Source: Octopus sinensis (Eukaryota). Taken from it: a DNA stretch of 64,000 bases. The DNA lies in contig NC_043001.1 in NCBI RefSeq assembly GCF_006345805.1, positions 97,836,001 through 97,900,000 of the forward strand. The letters run 5' to 3'. Made by a program: the position numbers and the translations under genes. Positions 1 through 12,283 of the stretch are shown one piece after another; the first letter of the stretch is position 1, and each line of letters opens with the position of its first letter. The notes beneath the pieces are model-generated. The model worked only from the letters and a program-made list of their open reading frames with translations, did not search any database and was not told where the DNA came from.

Positions 1-469
1 AAATGTCGCAAAAACCAAAATGTCCAAAAATGTTCAAATAAAAGTCAATAATAAAATACTTCAAAGAAAGAACGAAAAGACAGGCGAGAGAAAAATGAAT
101 GAAGGAAGACAGTTTAGCTGGCAACAAAATTCTGCTACTTAGGTAATCCACAATTGGCAGTTCTCCGTCGCTCAACAAAAATTAAATTCTTGCCGTCTTC
201 GCATTCCTTGCCTGAATGGTAAATCCAGTGGTAATTCCTGGGCACGAACACAGTAAAACAAAAAGCAATTTTCAAAAAAGTTTTTTTTCTGGAGGGAATA
301 CGCCTCCCAAAAACACAATTCTCACTGCAAAGTGAGTCTTTTTGCAGGACCACAGGCAGGCACATGTCTGGAACCAAGACTCCAATAAGCTCAAAAATAA
401 AATGCCTTACGTGCTTCAATTTTTCAATATTTCACGTTGAACGACGTGACTTCTAATCAGCGTGAAAAA

Positions 470-528
470 ACGCGAACCCTTCTGTAGTGAAGTAAGCAAG
501 CTACTTACGACACAGCCACTCGTCCGCC
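470..528 (-). mobile_element. 5' fragment of microsatellite-containing tRNA-derived SINE (family C here)
   Basis: aagcaagctacttacgacacagccactc matches the head of full copies at 17.9, 18.7, 46.1 and 61.1 kb. Confidence 0.55.
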
Positions 529-654
529 TATTTTAATGCATATATTGAGGCTAGAAGAAAAAAATTAAAACATTTTTAGTTGCAAAAGCCGTGTATAAAA
601 TATTACAGCAGATCGCATGTATGTAATGTGTATTACTTTGCTTTATCGTCCTTT

Positions 655-800
655 CTACTGCAGACACAAGGCTTGAAATTGCGTGTGAGGAGTCAAATCC
701 ATTATATCGACCTCGTTGTTGATCTTATATCTATATATATTATCTTTCCCGGAGAATGAAATTTAAAGTCAACTTCGGCGGATTTTACACTGAGAACGTT
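655..800 (-). mobile_element. Degenerate Nin/Deu-domain SINE fragment
   Basis: cacaaggcttgaaatt...atcgacc...aaagtcaacttcggcggattttacactgagaacgt resembles the family consensus in this window. Confidence 0.55.
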
Positions 801-980
801 CAGTTTTAATACACTACAATTAAAAACGCATGAACGGTTAAATGTACCGTGAAACCACGTGAAATTCGCTGCTAAAGAACAATATTTTTGATGAAGATTC
901 AGAATTCAAACAACGAGAATTTTATTTATCTACAAAATGCAGTGTAATTTTATATTTGAGCAAACTTCAAATCTGCAGTA

Positions 981-2247
981 CAGTTTAGTATCCCTTATCC
1001 GCAATTCATAGAACCTATATGTTTCAGGTTTCGGATTTATGTCTATATTTATAACCGCATCTATAAAACAACTTTGAAATGGGACACAAACGTAATTCGG
1101 ATCTTTTTGGTTTGAACGGCAGTTTTTTCTAGCGGTGTCATGTGAAATTGTCACCCATAATTATGACCCTAGTATCGATCTATTGCATTTCAATCTGTTT
1201 TAGGGTTAGTTAGGGTTAGGTTTAGGGTTGTGTTAGGGGTGGGGGGAAGGTATCTTTTTTTCTTCACAAATGTAAATAAGCCCAATCTGTTTCTTAAACG
1301 AGGGACATATTCATACGACACAGAATGTGTTTTATCCCAATGGACGTCATTGATTGGTTGAAATTGCAGAAATTGAAGAAAAAACAACAAATATCTTACG
1401 AACTCTAGAATTTTCTCAATAAATCCAAGAGAAAAAATATTTTATAAACACATTCTACCAGTATACGAAGTTTACTTTTTCGTTACCTAGAAATTTTGTA
1501 AAAAACAGCCGTTCAAACCGAAAAGATCCCGTAATTCCGATACCCATTTACATTTCATAATGTAGCTTATACGTATACACTGAATGTAATTTTATATAAA
1601 TCTTTGATAATTTCTTTATAAAAATATTTTCTCAGCTCAAAGATTATTAGCGATAACCGTGCATTGACTAAAGTAAAAAGTCTAATTTTGGGGCATATAA
1701 GCACTCGACGGAAAGAAATAGGATTTGCTGTGCGCAAGCACTGGCATAAGTTAGTAGAAAGATCAAAACCCTTTTATACGCTAAGGTAGAATATCAGTTT
1801 CCAACTGCGATGTATTGTTTTGATTAAAAGTTACCGTACACATACATTATTTATATTTTACTTTTTACTTAATATGTGTTACTTTTTATGCAAGGCATAA
1901 AAACAAATCATTGAGCTAGGTTTTAGGTAGTCAGAATGAAAACTACAAAAATGAGAATTTTACTTTTGAAGTAAAGTTCAACTAATGACAATAGTCATGT
2001 TAGACAATTACAAGGAGGTGAAATTCAGATTCCTCGTAAAATTTAGGTTTTGAGGATTACCGAAGAAAAAAACAAAACAAAACAAGCTCAAGAGGCACAA
2101 CGACACAGGAAAGGGTCTACTTGGTGGAACAATCCCAGCAGTTTGTGGAATTCCATGTGTGGCGTGTCATGTCAGCTATTAATATAAACATTCGAATTTT
2201 GGAGTTATTCGGATATTGGGATTTCGGATATAGGGTTTCAAACCATG
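981..2247. mobile_element. Non-autonomous Tigger4/Zombi (pogo)-like DNA transposon remnant
   Basis: Left end TA|cagtttagtatcccttatccgcaatt; right end ttggagttattcggatattgggatttcggatatagggtttcaaaccatg|TA. Both resemble Tigger4/MER46-type termini (recalled consensus). TA flanks on both sides. Confidence 0.5.
1099..1529. mobile_element. MITE with ~30-bp TIRs and 8-bp TSD (Merlin-like by GG termini; hAT/P not excluded)
   Basis: TIRs ggatctttttggtttgaacggcagtttttt / aaaaaacagccgttcaaaccgaaaagatcc; perfect TSD cgtaattc at 1091-1098 and 1530-1537. Confidence 0.85.
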
Positions 2248-2604
2248 TATAAAATATAGAGTTTCAACACAAATCCATCACGGGGACTCTGTTTCTTTAC
2301 TTTATTATATTTGGTAATGCCAGAAATTATAACGTTATTTGTGCACGTAACTGTGTTCAGTTATGTACTGTATAACAATTCTACGACTGTATGACCTTCA
2401 TCATACTACGAAATTTCGATGTAGACATAATACACAAATAGAATTTGTCAAAACTGTCTATCGTTTAATTCTTAAATCAGATATGTTCTGTGAATAGTTT
2501 CTAACGCAAATAAATGCGATTTTATAAAGTTTTCTTATAAGCTTCTAAAGTTAATCAAATAATGAATATCAGTTATGCAACAAATAATACTTTCATTATA
2601 TTAT

Positions 2605-2607
2605 GAG

Positions 2608-2671
<64 letters not shown>

Positions 2672-2785
2672 AATAATAACCAATACAGTAACCATCAGAG
2701 CACCACAACAAATCACAACACATACCCAAGACACACAGAGCTGCGCTCGGTAGTGAAGTAAAAGCACGCTATAAAAATAAAACTA

Positions 2786-2850
<65 letters not shown>
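2605..2850 (+). repeat. (TAA)n arrays flanking a ~100-bp probable LINE 3' end (2690-2790)
   Basis: Unique cacagagctgcgctcggtagtgaagtaaaagcacgctataaaaataaaactactg segment running into a TAA tail and embedded in TAA repeats. Confidence 0.6.
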
Positions 2851-2851
<1 letters not shown>

Positions 2852-2892
2852 GCTCAATGCTAAAAACAAGATAATAGGTATGAACACTTTAG

Positions 2893-3040
2893 CTCTTCTT
2901 CTTCTTTTCTTCTTTTCTTCTTCTTCTTTCTTCTTCTTCTTCTTCTTCTTTCTTCTTTTCTTCTTCTTCTTCTTCTTTTCTTCTTTTCTTCCTTCTTCTT
3001 CTTTTTTTTCTTTTTCTTCTTTTTCTTCTTCACCTTCTTC
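2893..3040. repeat. (TTC)n-rich low-complexity tract
   Basis: Direct reading. Confidence 0.9.
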
Positions 3041-3464
3041 AATGATGGCGTCCATATCACTTAAGTGCGAACCTCCCAGGAAGAGTTCCAAGCGCCGAAA
3101 GAAATCTAGCTGATCTATCCCATCTTGGATATAGCCAGCGAGAAATCGCAAGGTTCCACCTTCTTCTTCTTCCTCTCTTCCTCTAATCAGGATTCACGCA
3201 ATTAACAACACAAAATAATCACTAATTCGAGCCTCCTCTAAGCTACTAAGAATGCGTGGGGCAACTTGAAGATCCACACACCACATGCAATAGACTGGCT
3301 GTTGCACGGGCGCGAAAGCTACGTTGTTATCCTCATTCCGTAAACGGTGGTTTTTAACGGGTGGAGAGCTGAATCATCCTGGGGTATAGAGGATTCGCAA
3401 TCTAGACTAGGGTTTGAAGTTTACCACACCATAGTGTTTTACATCATGGTTCCTCAGCTTTGTG

Positions 3465-3665
3465 GCAGAAGTAGGAAGAAAGAGTGTGAAAAAGTTGTGG
3501 TAAAAGCGTACAGCAGGGTTCACCTCTCACCCAGCCCCCGCCGGAGCCTGGTGGAGCTTAGGTGATTTTGCTCAATAAACACTCGCAATGCTCGGTCTGG
3601 GAAGAAACCGTGTTCTTACGACGGCAAGTCCGTTGCCCTAACCACTTGGGCCATTGCACCTCCAC
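3465..3665 (-). mobile_element. tRNA-derived SINE (family B here), 3'-truncated
   Basis: Reverse complement gtggaggtgcaatggcccaagtggttagggcaacggact...gtttattgagcaaaatcacctaagctccacc matches copies at 41.6 and 54.8 kb. Confidence 0.8.
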
Positions 3666-4489
3666 TGCTGCTGCTGTTGCTGTCGTTGTTGTTGTTAAAC
3701 AACAAGACGGGTAATGGTGATTAGGTGACAGTCTAGGGCTTAGGGACGGGAGACCCCAGACCTTGGAAAAAAAATTTGGTCGTCTTCTTGTAGTCGAGGG
3801 CTTTTCGTTGACGCCCGACACCATTGGGTGGGTGGCCCTCGATGTCGCTGGAAATGGAGATATCCAGGTCCAAATTCTTGAACGGCTGCTGTTGCTGTTG
3901 CTGTTAATATTGTTGCTACTACTTTCATTTGTTGCTACATCAGTTGAATTTGTACTGTAATTTATTCAAAACTTCTTTTCTCCTTCCGTTAGTAGAATCT
4001 TGTCTTCGCTAGCATCGTTTCTAGTGTTTCAGATGAATTTGTAAGTGTTCTGTTCTGGTTTTGTTATTGTCATCGTTGTTTTACTTGAGTCTTTTTTTTT
4101 TGCGCTCTCGTGTTATGTATTACCCATTCATTGAAACATGTCGTTGGCATTTGTAACCCCATAAATCCAACTACCATCCACCCCCGGCAAAAAACAAACA
4201 AACAAAAGAAAATAAATCTAACAACAACTGAATACTTCAGAGAGCATTGTGGCAGTATCCTACTTCACTTAGTGTAGCAACAGATGCTAAATAAAATTCA
4301 ATAAAATATTGCAGCTATTAGCATGTTATTTCAACAACAATTCCTAGATCTACGGAAACCGACGCAGTTAAAGTTATATAAGAGACGACAACAACAACAA
4401 CAATGATAATAATAATATTAATACTACTACTACTACTAATAATAATAATAATGATAATGAGGATGAGGAGAAGGAGGAGGACACATCAA

Positions 4490-4627
4490 CCACTAAGGCT
4501 AATCTCTAGGGCAGCAAAAAATTTAAAGCAAAAGCCAAACATGTGAGCTTGAAGGAAATATCAAAACTGTTGAAAGAAAAACTATTGCATGGGCAATGCC
4601 CCCAAACGTGCTAGGGAAGCTGACGTA
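4490..4627 (+). mobile_element. R4/Dong-type LINE fragment (post-RT region)
   Basis: Translates to ...KLLKEKLLHGQCP...EADV, resembling the W/KEKPLHGQY motif of R4-clade elements. Confidence 0.5.
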
Positions 4628-4699
4628 GTTATGAGATTGGAACCCGCAATTCCTCGACCGCGAGTCCGCTCTTCTAATCACTACGCCATGCGCCTCCAC
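4628..4699 (-). mobile_element. SINE family B tRNA-like head
   Basis: Reverse complement gtggaggcgcatggcgtagtgattagaagagcggactcgcggtcgagg. Confidence 0.7.
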
Positions 4700-4717
4700 A
4701 AAAAGTAAGACCTAAAT

Positions 4718-4718
4718 T

Positions 4719-4802
<84 letters not shown>

Positions 4803-4838
4803 GAAGAAGAAGAAGAAGAAGAAGAAGAAGAAGAAGAA
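4718..4838. repeat. Compound (TAC)n(TAA)n(GAA)n microsatellite
   Basis: Direct reading. Confidence 0.95.
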
Positions 4839-5009
4839 ATCTATGTAATCCCCAAAATCTATATAATCCCTAAAGTATTTCAATCTGTAAACAGTGTCAA
4901 AATACTTTTAAATGTACATAAAGGCAAACCCCTTTCTCTGTCATCTTAACATCAGATTATCATCTTATAATCAAGTTACTGTTAAAACAAAGTTCTGATT
5001 AACTTACGT

Positions 5010-5175
5010 TTTGACAAACAATCTCTAGAACAATGCTCTGTTCAAAACCAAATATATGGCATCCTAGTCATAACACCAACTTGAACTTCTAACTTGTCTC
5101 TCGAGAAGTCCCTGGGTAAGACTTGGGGTGAACAAATACAAATACAAACAAAAGCCAAGCATATAAAGATAATTA
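5010..5175 (+). mobile_element. Probable R4/Dong-type LINE 3' end
   Basis: Decayed end of coding region followed by a tgtctctcgagaagtccctgggtaagacttgg UTR-like segment and a trinucleotide tail. Confidence 0.4.
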
Positions 5176-5211
<36 letters not shown>

Positions 5212-5249
5212 TACTACTACTACTAATAATAATAATAATAACAAGCATT

Positions 5250-5345
5250 GCTGCTATAGGCACAAGGCCTAGATTTTATTGGGAAGGGGAACAATCGATC
5301 GCATCGACCCCAGTACTTCAAAAGTACTTAATTTTTCGATCCCGA
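5250..5345 (-). mobile_element. Nin-SINE 3' module
   Basis: ggcacaaggcc...atcgatcgcatcgaccccagtact...gtacttaatttttcgatcccga. Confidence 0.65.
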
Positions 5346-6324
5346 AATATATACAATTAATTGTATAAAATCATTGGGTGGACATTTTAATTGGAATCTC
5401 TTTTGTCTTATATGAACTAGGTGCTCTCATATAAAGCTTCGATTTCGTGTCCTGATGCATAACACTGTACCTACACAGCCAACTGAATTTCTGGAATACA
5501 AATATGACATACAAGGGTGATTTGCTATCTACCTCGACCAGGAATAAACGCATTGTTTTTGATATTGACGACAATATTCAAAATGCAACTATAGCGAAAA
5601 AAATCGATGGCGGAGGGCAATATATACAATATTGAAAACTGGAACTCTGAATTCATTTAAGGAACGGCTATCATTAAATCAAATTCTAACTAGCTTAGCA
5701 AGTACTATATCAATTTCATAGTCATCCTTTCCTGCTCATTGTGATATTTTAAATCAGAGACAAGAATTCATATTCAAAATTTTAAGGAATGTATTTTAGA
5801 AGAATAGAAATGCTACCATATATATTTTATATTTTAATTTGTATGACAACTTAGCTTTTCGATCATAATTGTGTGTTTATATGATTTCTTTTGTTTATGT
5901 GTAGTGGTCTTTGTTATTTATTTAAATAGATATTTCAATTAATCACCATATCATATAATTCAGATTAATTCTTCTCAATCGTTTTCAAATACATTATAAT
6001 TTTCTACTGCATTATATACAACGTGATGGGTGTCAGAGTTTTAAGCAGTTTTTTTTTCTTCTTAGCTGTTTCACAAATACGAATGTTAAACAATGTGTGC
6101 ACGCACAAGATTTTCAAAACGGAATTCAACATTTTTAAAGAAAAATTATGAGTGATGGTCATTCACATGGATGTTCATATACTTTGCAAACGAAAGACAA
6201 AATTTGCACAGAAAATTTCCAGGGAGACCTACAGCATATTCAGAGAACTTTGGTTGCAATATTGGCTTAAAATTTTGGCACATGAACAGCAAATTTATAC
6301 AGAAGAGTATAAGTCGCTTAAAAT

Positions 6325-6865
6325 TTTTATTATGAATCCTCTATGGATGAAAGGCAAAGTCGACGCCGGCGTAATTTGAACTCAGAACGTAAAGACGGAT
6401 GAAATGCCAATAAGCATTTATTGCGGCGTATTAACAATTCTGTCAGCTCACGGCCTTATTAATTTGTTACAAATTATTTTGAAACAAAGCCAACAATTCC
6501 AAGAATTGTGTAGTCTATTACGTCGAACCCAGTAATCAACTGTTACTTATTTTATCGACTCTGATGATATGAAAGACAAAGTCGACCTCCGCGGAATTTA
6601 ACCTCAGTACGTGAAAACGAGTGAAATGTCGCTAAGCATTTTGCCTGGTGTATTAATGCTCATAACAGAGGGGACAAGCAAGGACAGACAAGGAGATTAA
6701 GTCGATTACATCGACAGCCAGTGCGTAACTGGTACTTATTTAATCTAACCCGAAAGGATAAAAAGGCAAAGTCGACCACGGCGGAATTTGAACTCAACAT
6801 ACCGGCAGACGAAAAAGGGCTACGCATTTCGCCCGGCGTGCTAGCGTTTCTTCCAGCTCGACGCC
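6325..6865 (-). mobile_element. Cluster of Nin/Deu-domain SINEs
   Basis: Repeated ggatgaaaggcaaagtcgac(c)tcggcggaatttgaactc; the reverse complement of gaggtcgactttgcctttcatcc is the Nin/Deu core. Confidence 0.85.
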
Positions 6866-6920
6866 TTCGACACTGGTTGTGATATTGCCAGCCAAAATAC
6901 CTGGCATTATTTATATACAA

Positions 6921-7180
6921 GTGGAGGTGTGTAGTTAAGGGGTTAGGGAGTTTGACTCATGATCGCAAGATTGTGGTTTTTGTTCTTGGAACGGGCGATG
7001 TATCGTGTTCTTGAGCAAAACACTTCATTTCATGTTGCTACAGTACAATCAGTTGTCAAAAATGAGTAATCCTGTGACAGACCGGCATCCCATCCAGGTG
7101 GGGAATATATACGCTAAGTAACCAGGAAACTATCCCTTATGAGTCGGTATGACTAGGGAAGATACGTAACCTTTATCTAT
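6921..7180 (+). mobile_element. Diverged tRNA-derived SINE sharing the gtgttcttgagcaa core with family A but with a different 3' part
   Basis: gtggaggtgtgtagttaaggggttag head; cgtgttcttgagcaaaacacttcatttcatgttgct core; cctgtgacagaccggcatcccatccagg tail. Confidence 0.65.
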
Positions 7181-7212
7181 CCAAGAGCGGCATGCCGAAT
7201 GAAATGCTTAGG

Positions 7213-7798
7213 GCGACGAGCTGGCAGAAACGTTAGCATACCGGGCGAAATGCCTAGTCGTATTTCGTCTGCTGTTACGTTCTGAGTTCAAATTCCGCCG
7301 AGGTCGACTTCGCCTTTCCTCCTTTCGGGGTCGATTAAATAAGTACCAGTTACGCACTGAGGTCGATATAATCGACTTAATCCGTTTGTCTGTCCTTGTC
7401 TGTCCTCTCTGTGTTTAGCCCGTTGTGGGTAGTAAAGAAATAGGCATTTCATCTGCCGCTAGGCTCTGAGCTCAAATTCTGCTGGGGTTGAATTTGCCTT
7501 TCATCCTTTCGGAGTCGATAAATTACGTACCAGTTCAGTACTGGGGTCTATATAATTGACAATTCTGCTCCCCAAATGTTCAGGCCTTGTGACTATAGTA
7601 AAAAATATTATTTACATAAAAGAAGTCGAGCTGGCAGAATCGTTAGCCCGCCGGGGGAAATGCTTAGCGGCATTTCGTCCGTCTTCATGTCCTGATTTCA
7701 AATTCCACTGAGGATGAGTTAGGCTTTCATCCCCTCGAGGTCGATAAAATAAGTACCAGTTGAGTACTGGGGTAGATGTAATCGACTTAAACCCTCCT
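7213..7798 (+). mobile_element. Nin-SINE dimer (7213-7605) plus monomer (7625-7798)
   Basis: gcgagctggcagaaacgttagc head, gttcaaattcc B-box, Nin core, tail restarting at gaaataggcatttc. Confidence 0.9.
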
Positions 7799-8439
7799 CG
7801 TTGTTTAAATAATATCACTCTCAGTATTTATCTTTCCCTTCTGATAACATTTAAAATAAACTCCAGCCGTATTGTGTCCCCTTTTCTCCACCCCATACAA
7901 TAATTAACATAGCAACAAAGGATGTTATTCCTTGTATATTTTACGCTTTACTATGCATTAAATGAAAATATTAAGCACTATTTTCATAAGATGGTATGAA
8001 ATCCTGACACACACAAAAGTTACACTGAGTTCATCATTACAAATCAATAATTTATTGATTGATTCTTAATGAGGAAAAAATATGTTTCTCCCAAGGATAT
8101 TTCAACACAGAATAAAATCAGAAAGCAGTAAAGTATTGAATACATCATGTCTTTCTACGAGGTTAACCTTCTCTTTCGTCGCTTCGGCTTAAATAGTAAT
8201 TCAATTAATCTAGGTGGCATGATTCCTAATCGACACAAGGACTTAAAATACATCTACGGTACACGCATCCGATCAGAATTTATACTAACGAAGTAAGAAT
8301 CATGCAACTGTAAAACAAGATTTCATATTTGATGTGTATACACACACACTCAAATATATATATGCTCATATACAAGATATATAAGCACACAGACACGTAC
8401 ACGCATTAACTCTTATACACGCTCATGCACACCACACTC

Positions 8440-8467
8440 ACATGCATATATATGTATATATATATGC

Positions 8468-8511
<44 letters not shown>

Positions 8512-8570
8512 GTATATAATATATATATATATATATGCATATACATATATATGTATATATATGCATATAC

Positions 8571-8603
<33 letters not shown>

Positions 8604-8642
8604 TATGCATATACATATATATATGTATATATATGCATATAC

Positions 8643-8675
<33 letters not shown>

Positions 8676-8696
8676 ATATATATATATATACACACA

Positions 8697-8776
<80 letters not shown>

Positions 8777-8780
8777 GTAT
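8440..8780. repeat. (TA)n/(CA)n compound microsatellite
   Basis: Direct reading. Confidence 0.95.
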
Positions 8781-9604
8781 AATATGTCTCAGTAGTGAAA
8801 TATGCTCTCATGTGTAAATATATCTCCTTCCTTGTGAATTGGACAATGTTATGAAATTGAATTTGCGACAATGAGGTTCTTCAATTTTTTTTGTTTGTTA
8901 AGATGTCTGGAAGCCAATGGTTAATGATACCTCTCTTGTCATCCAGTTAATTAGCTTGGGAACAAAACCGCTTATAGGATGTTCTGCGCTACAGTACATG
9001 CCTCTTCAGTCGATACTAAAGAGAGTCTTGATTAATTTGATCATCTAATTTGCATACCATCATTATCCAATGGCTAAACAAAATCAATAAATTAGAAGTT
9101 GTACGATTCACCTAATTATACTCTCCGGATATTCGGCTTCTGCTGTTGATATATCTGTTTAACTTCTTAATAGAAATAATATTTGCAGTTTAAGACACAA
9201 AACTTGGTTTATTTAACCTCGTTATTATTTCAAAAGTTCAGAAACATTACCGAAGATCTTAAATTTCAGGACGATAAACTAGTAACTTTCACCTCGTTGA
9301 CTCCGAAAACGTGCATTAATTCTTTTCTGAATATTAATATTTCATGATATTCTTTTCTTTTATAAGCTGCTAAATTTTTCACGAATAAATTCTGTTTCAA
9401 CATTATCAAAGATTTTAAGGAAAGAAGTATTATTGGCTTCTGCGATAATGCATTTCGTGAGAATGCATTAGTGATTTCCCAAGCAGGAATTCCATATTTG
9501 GTAAGACTGTAGTGGCGACTAATAAAGTAGTATTACTGGTGATGGTGGTACTAATGGTGCTCAAGATAGAGAGGGATAAATATTCCATCAATATATATAT
9601 ATAT

Positions 9605-9768
9605 ACTAGAAAGAGCAGCCAAATTCAAACCGTTAATAGTTATAATTCTGAACCAAAGTTTGCCGAAACTATGCATAGTCCAGAGATGAAAGGGGTAAAC
9701 GTTTTTATTTCTCTTTCAATTTCAGAATTATAACTATTTGCGGTTTGAGTTTGGCTGCTCTTTCTAGT
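9605..9768. repeat. 48-bp inverted repeat, 68-nt spacer containing a hammerhead-like 3' half
   Basis: Arms 9605-9652 and 9721-9768; GAAA-ctatgcatag-TC at 9665-9680. Confidence 0.75.
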
Positions 9769-10449
9769 GAGTCGAATGTCCTATTATGGCCATTCCTTAT
9801 ATTTTTGAATGTATATTATATAGTCTTTGACTATCTTTTCTTCCTCGCTGGACGGCTTGTGGCGGAGAATTTTTTCTAGAATTTGTTTCTACCCTTCTAT
9901 TTATTAATATATATATATATATAATATATATATATATTTATAAATACAATATATATATATATACAATATATATAAATACTATGTATATATATATACATAT
10001 ATATATATATACACACATACATATATATATTTATAAAAAAGAAGTTTCAAAAAAGCACTATATAATATAAATTTTCATTTCTTAGAGATTTTACATGCTT
10101 CGGTTCTTCTTGAAAAAACGAAACTTATCAAGAATATTTTTAAGAGTTAAGTGTAATAAAAAAGTTCATAATTGTTTCTTATTAGTCGCAACAGAGTCCA
10201 CGTGGTGGTGTTTTGTGGTGGTGGACCATAATGGCTGTCTTGTGCGTTGACTAGATTCATTGGCTGTAATTGTGAAAATGACTGGTGACCGAAATATATA
10301 TATATGTGTATATAGAAATATATGTATAATTCTCTCTCTCTCTATTTCTTTCTCTCTCTCCCTCTCCCTAACAATTTATATATATATAAATGCAATTCAT
10401 GGTGTCTCATTATAGTATGAGTTTTCCCTTGTATATCAATTTTGTGAAC

Positions 10450-11330
10450 CCATGAATACGAGTTCCCTCGGAGAACCAATGCATATCAGAAAGCTCAAAA
10501 CATCAATGAGGTGTTTGGTGAAGATGTGGCTAATACGCGCGCTGTACGTCGATAGTATGAGAAGTTCCGGTCTGATGACCTTACGTTAGTGAATCAGCTC
10601 CGTGGTAGACCTGAGACCTAGTTGGCTAATGATGAGCTGGCAACTATAGTGGAAGCGGATACATTTCAATCTACGCGTGAGTTAGTAAGGTTTGGTGTTT
10701 CAAAGTACACGCCGTCTTGCTGTTCTTTGCTGTCACGGAATAAAAGTGAACCGTTGTTGCCTCGGGTAATGAAAAATGGATCATTTTCAACAATAACATG
10801 CGTTCTGCACGGTGGATGGATAGAGACGAGGTCCCAAAACACAATTCAATAGCGAATATTCACCAAAACAGCTAACGGTGTATGTTTGGTGGTCCATGCT
10901 GGTGTCATCCACTACATATTCATGAGTCCTGGTAAGTCAATTATGGCGCATGTATACGTCAGACGATTACATGAAATGATGAGCGAACTTGCAATTAAAC
11001 AACCGATCTATAGAGACAGGCAACTTCTCTTGCAAGACAAAGCTCGACCACATGTTGCACAAAGTACGTTGCTCAAGTTACAGGTACTGAACTTAGAAGT
11101 ACTCTGTCATCCACCATATTCACCAGATCTTGCACCAACTGACTGTCACGTTTTCTAGACAAATAACATTTTGCAAGGGAAAAAAATGTAGAATCTGAAG
11201 AAGATGCAAAACCAGCCTTCCGTGATTTCATCCCCTGTTGCTCTCCAGAATTCTTCACTGTCAGCATAAATAAGCTACCGATAAAATAGCAAAGTCCTGT
11301 TGGTAATTTGGGTGTCCCCTTTGGTTAACT
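10450..11330 (+). pseudogene. Decayed mariner (Hsmar1/cecropia-like) transposase
   Basis: Frames give YEF..NINEVFGEDVANTRAVRR..EKFRSDD..GRPET..NDELATIVEAD..STREL, GNEKWII, VWWS, LLQDKARPHVAQSTLLKL, HPPYSPDLAPTDCH; stops, frameshifts and an internal deletion. Confidence 0.93.
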
Positions 11331-11526
11331 GCATTTCTTTTTGTTGAGATAAAGTAAAATATACATTCAGTGCAAAATCGGGTGTTTAATATATATATTG
11401 ATATATTTCCCTCTATTTAACACTCTCATATCGTCTCTGATATCCCTGAAACAGCTGTAAGACAACCTTTCTCTTTATAAATATCCTAGAAATTCTACAC
11501 TCACTTGGCTTGTCGCATTTTATTGT

Positions 11527-11573
<47 letters not shown>

Positions 11574-11600
11574 AATATATATATAGAGAGAGAGAGAGAG

Positions 11601-11640
<40 letters not shown>

Positions 11641-11641
<1 letters not shown>

Positions 11642-12283
11642 TATGATCTGCTCAATAAGTATCCGGGCTCTTGCCATAGTAACAACGCTAAAGTACGCGG
11701 ATTGAACCCGCTTGGCACAGATTAGCCTTGAACTCTGCTCACATGCTCACTTCCGATTTTTATAGCAGTGCTTGGAATGAACGTGTTTAGCGTGTGATTG
11801 CCACTTTGACCATCATAGAGAAAGTTGAGCAGAGAGTCTGCATCAAATTTTGCCAAATGCTTGGGTATTCTTGTGCAAAGGCCTATGCAAATTTCCGAAG
11901 CCTTTTCATCTAACGCTGGTTGCTGGTCTCTCAGAACGTTCATCTATATCTACATTTTTTCAGCCATTTTGGAAACATCTGAAGCATTCGTACACTTGTG
12001 TATGACGCATACACTCCTCTTTATACACTTTCTGGAACTTTGCCTAGGCCTCTGAGCAGATGTTGCTGTAACAACTTTGTCGGCCATGGTCAATGTGAGG
12101 ATCACACGCTACATACCTTACTTCCAAGCAGTGCTGTAAATAGCAGAAGTGAGCTAGAACGCGAAAACTTAATATGCACGCATAGCCGTATTCTAGGTCA
12201 ATTTTCGCCAAGCAGCTTCACTCTGCGAGTTTTAGCTTCGTTAATATTGCAGCATCCCCGATACTTATTGACCATATCTCGTA
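11641..12283. mobile_element. Two opposed 5' halves of related mariner elements
   Basis: Plus arm: TIR-like atgatctgctcaataagtatccgg to EKVEQRVCIKFCQMLG. Minus arm from 12283: tacgagatatggtcaataagtatcgg to QKVYKEECMRHTQVYECFRCFQNG..VDIDERSERPATS. Junction near 11890. Confidence 0.8.

Noticed and set aside
135-419. 94-aa minus ORF with a possible acceptor at ~239
   Set aside because: No recognisable homology and cut by the window edge
1200-1240. Telomere or interstitial telomere
   Set aside because: A few degenerate units inside a MITE
2783-3151. Poly-E/K/I ORF as a whole
   Set aside because: Mostly TTC and TAA repeats; only the short unique part is kept as a low-interest finding
6325-7798. 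CRISPR-like repeat/spacer array
   Set aside because: Recurring motifs are SINE modules in eukaryotic DNA; no constant repeat with unique spacers and no cas genes
8406-8871. Long YI/HT/CV-repeat ORFs (also 28.8, 35.1, 40.2, 50.4, 55.4 and 62.3 kb)
   Set aside because: Translations of TA/CA/TAGA/TAA microsatellites
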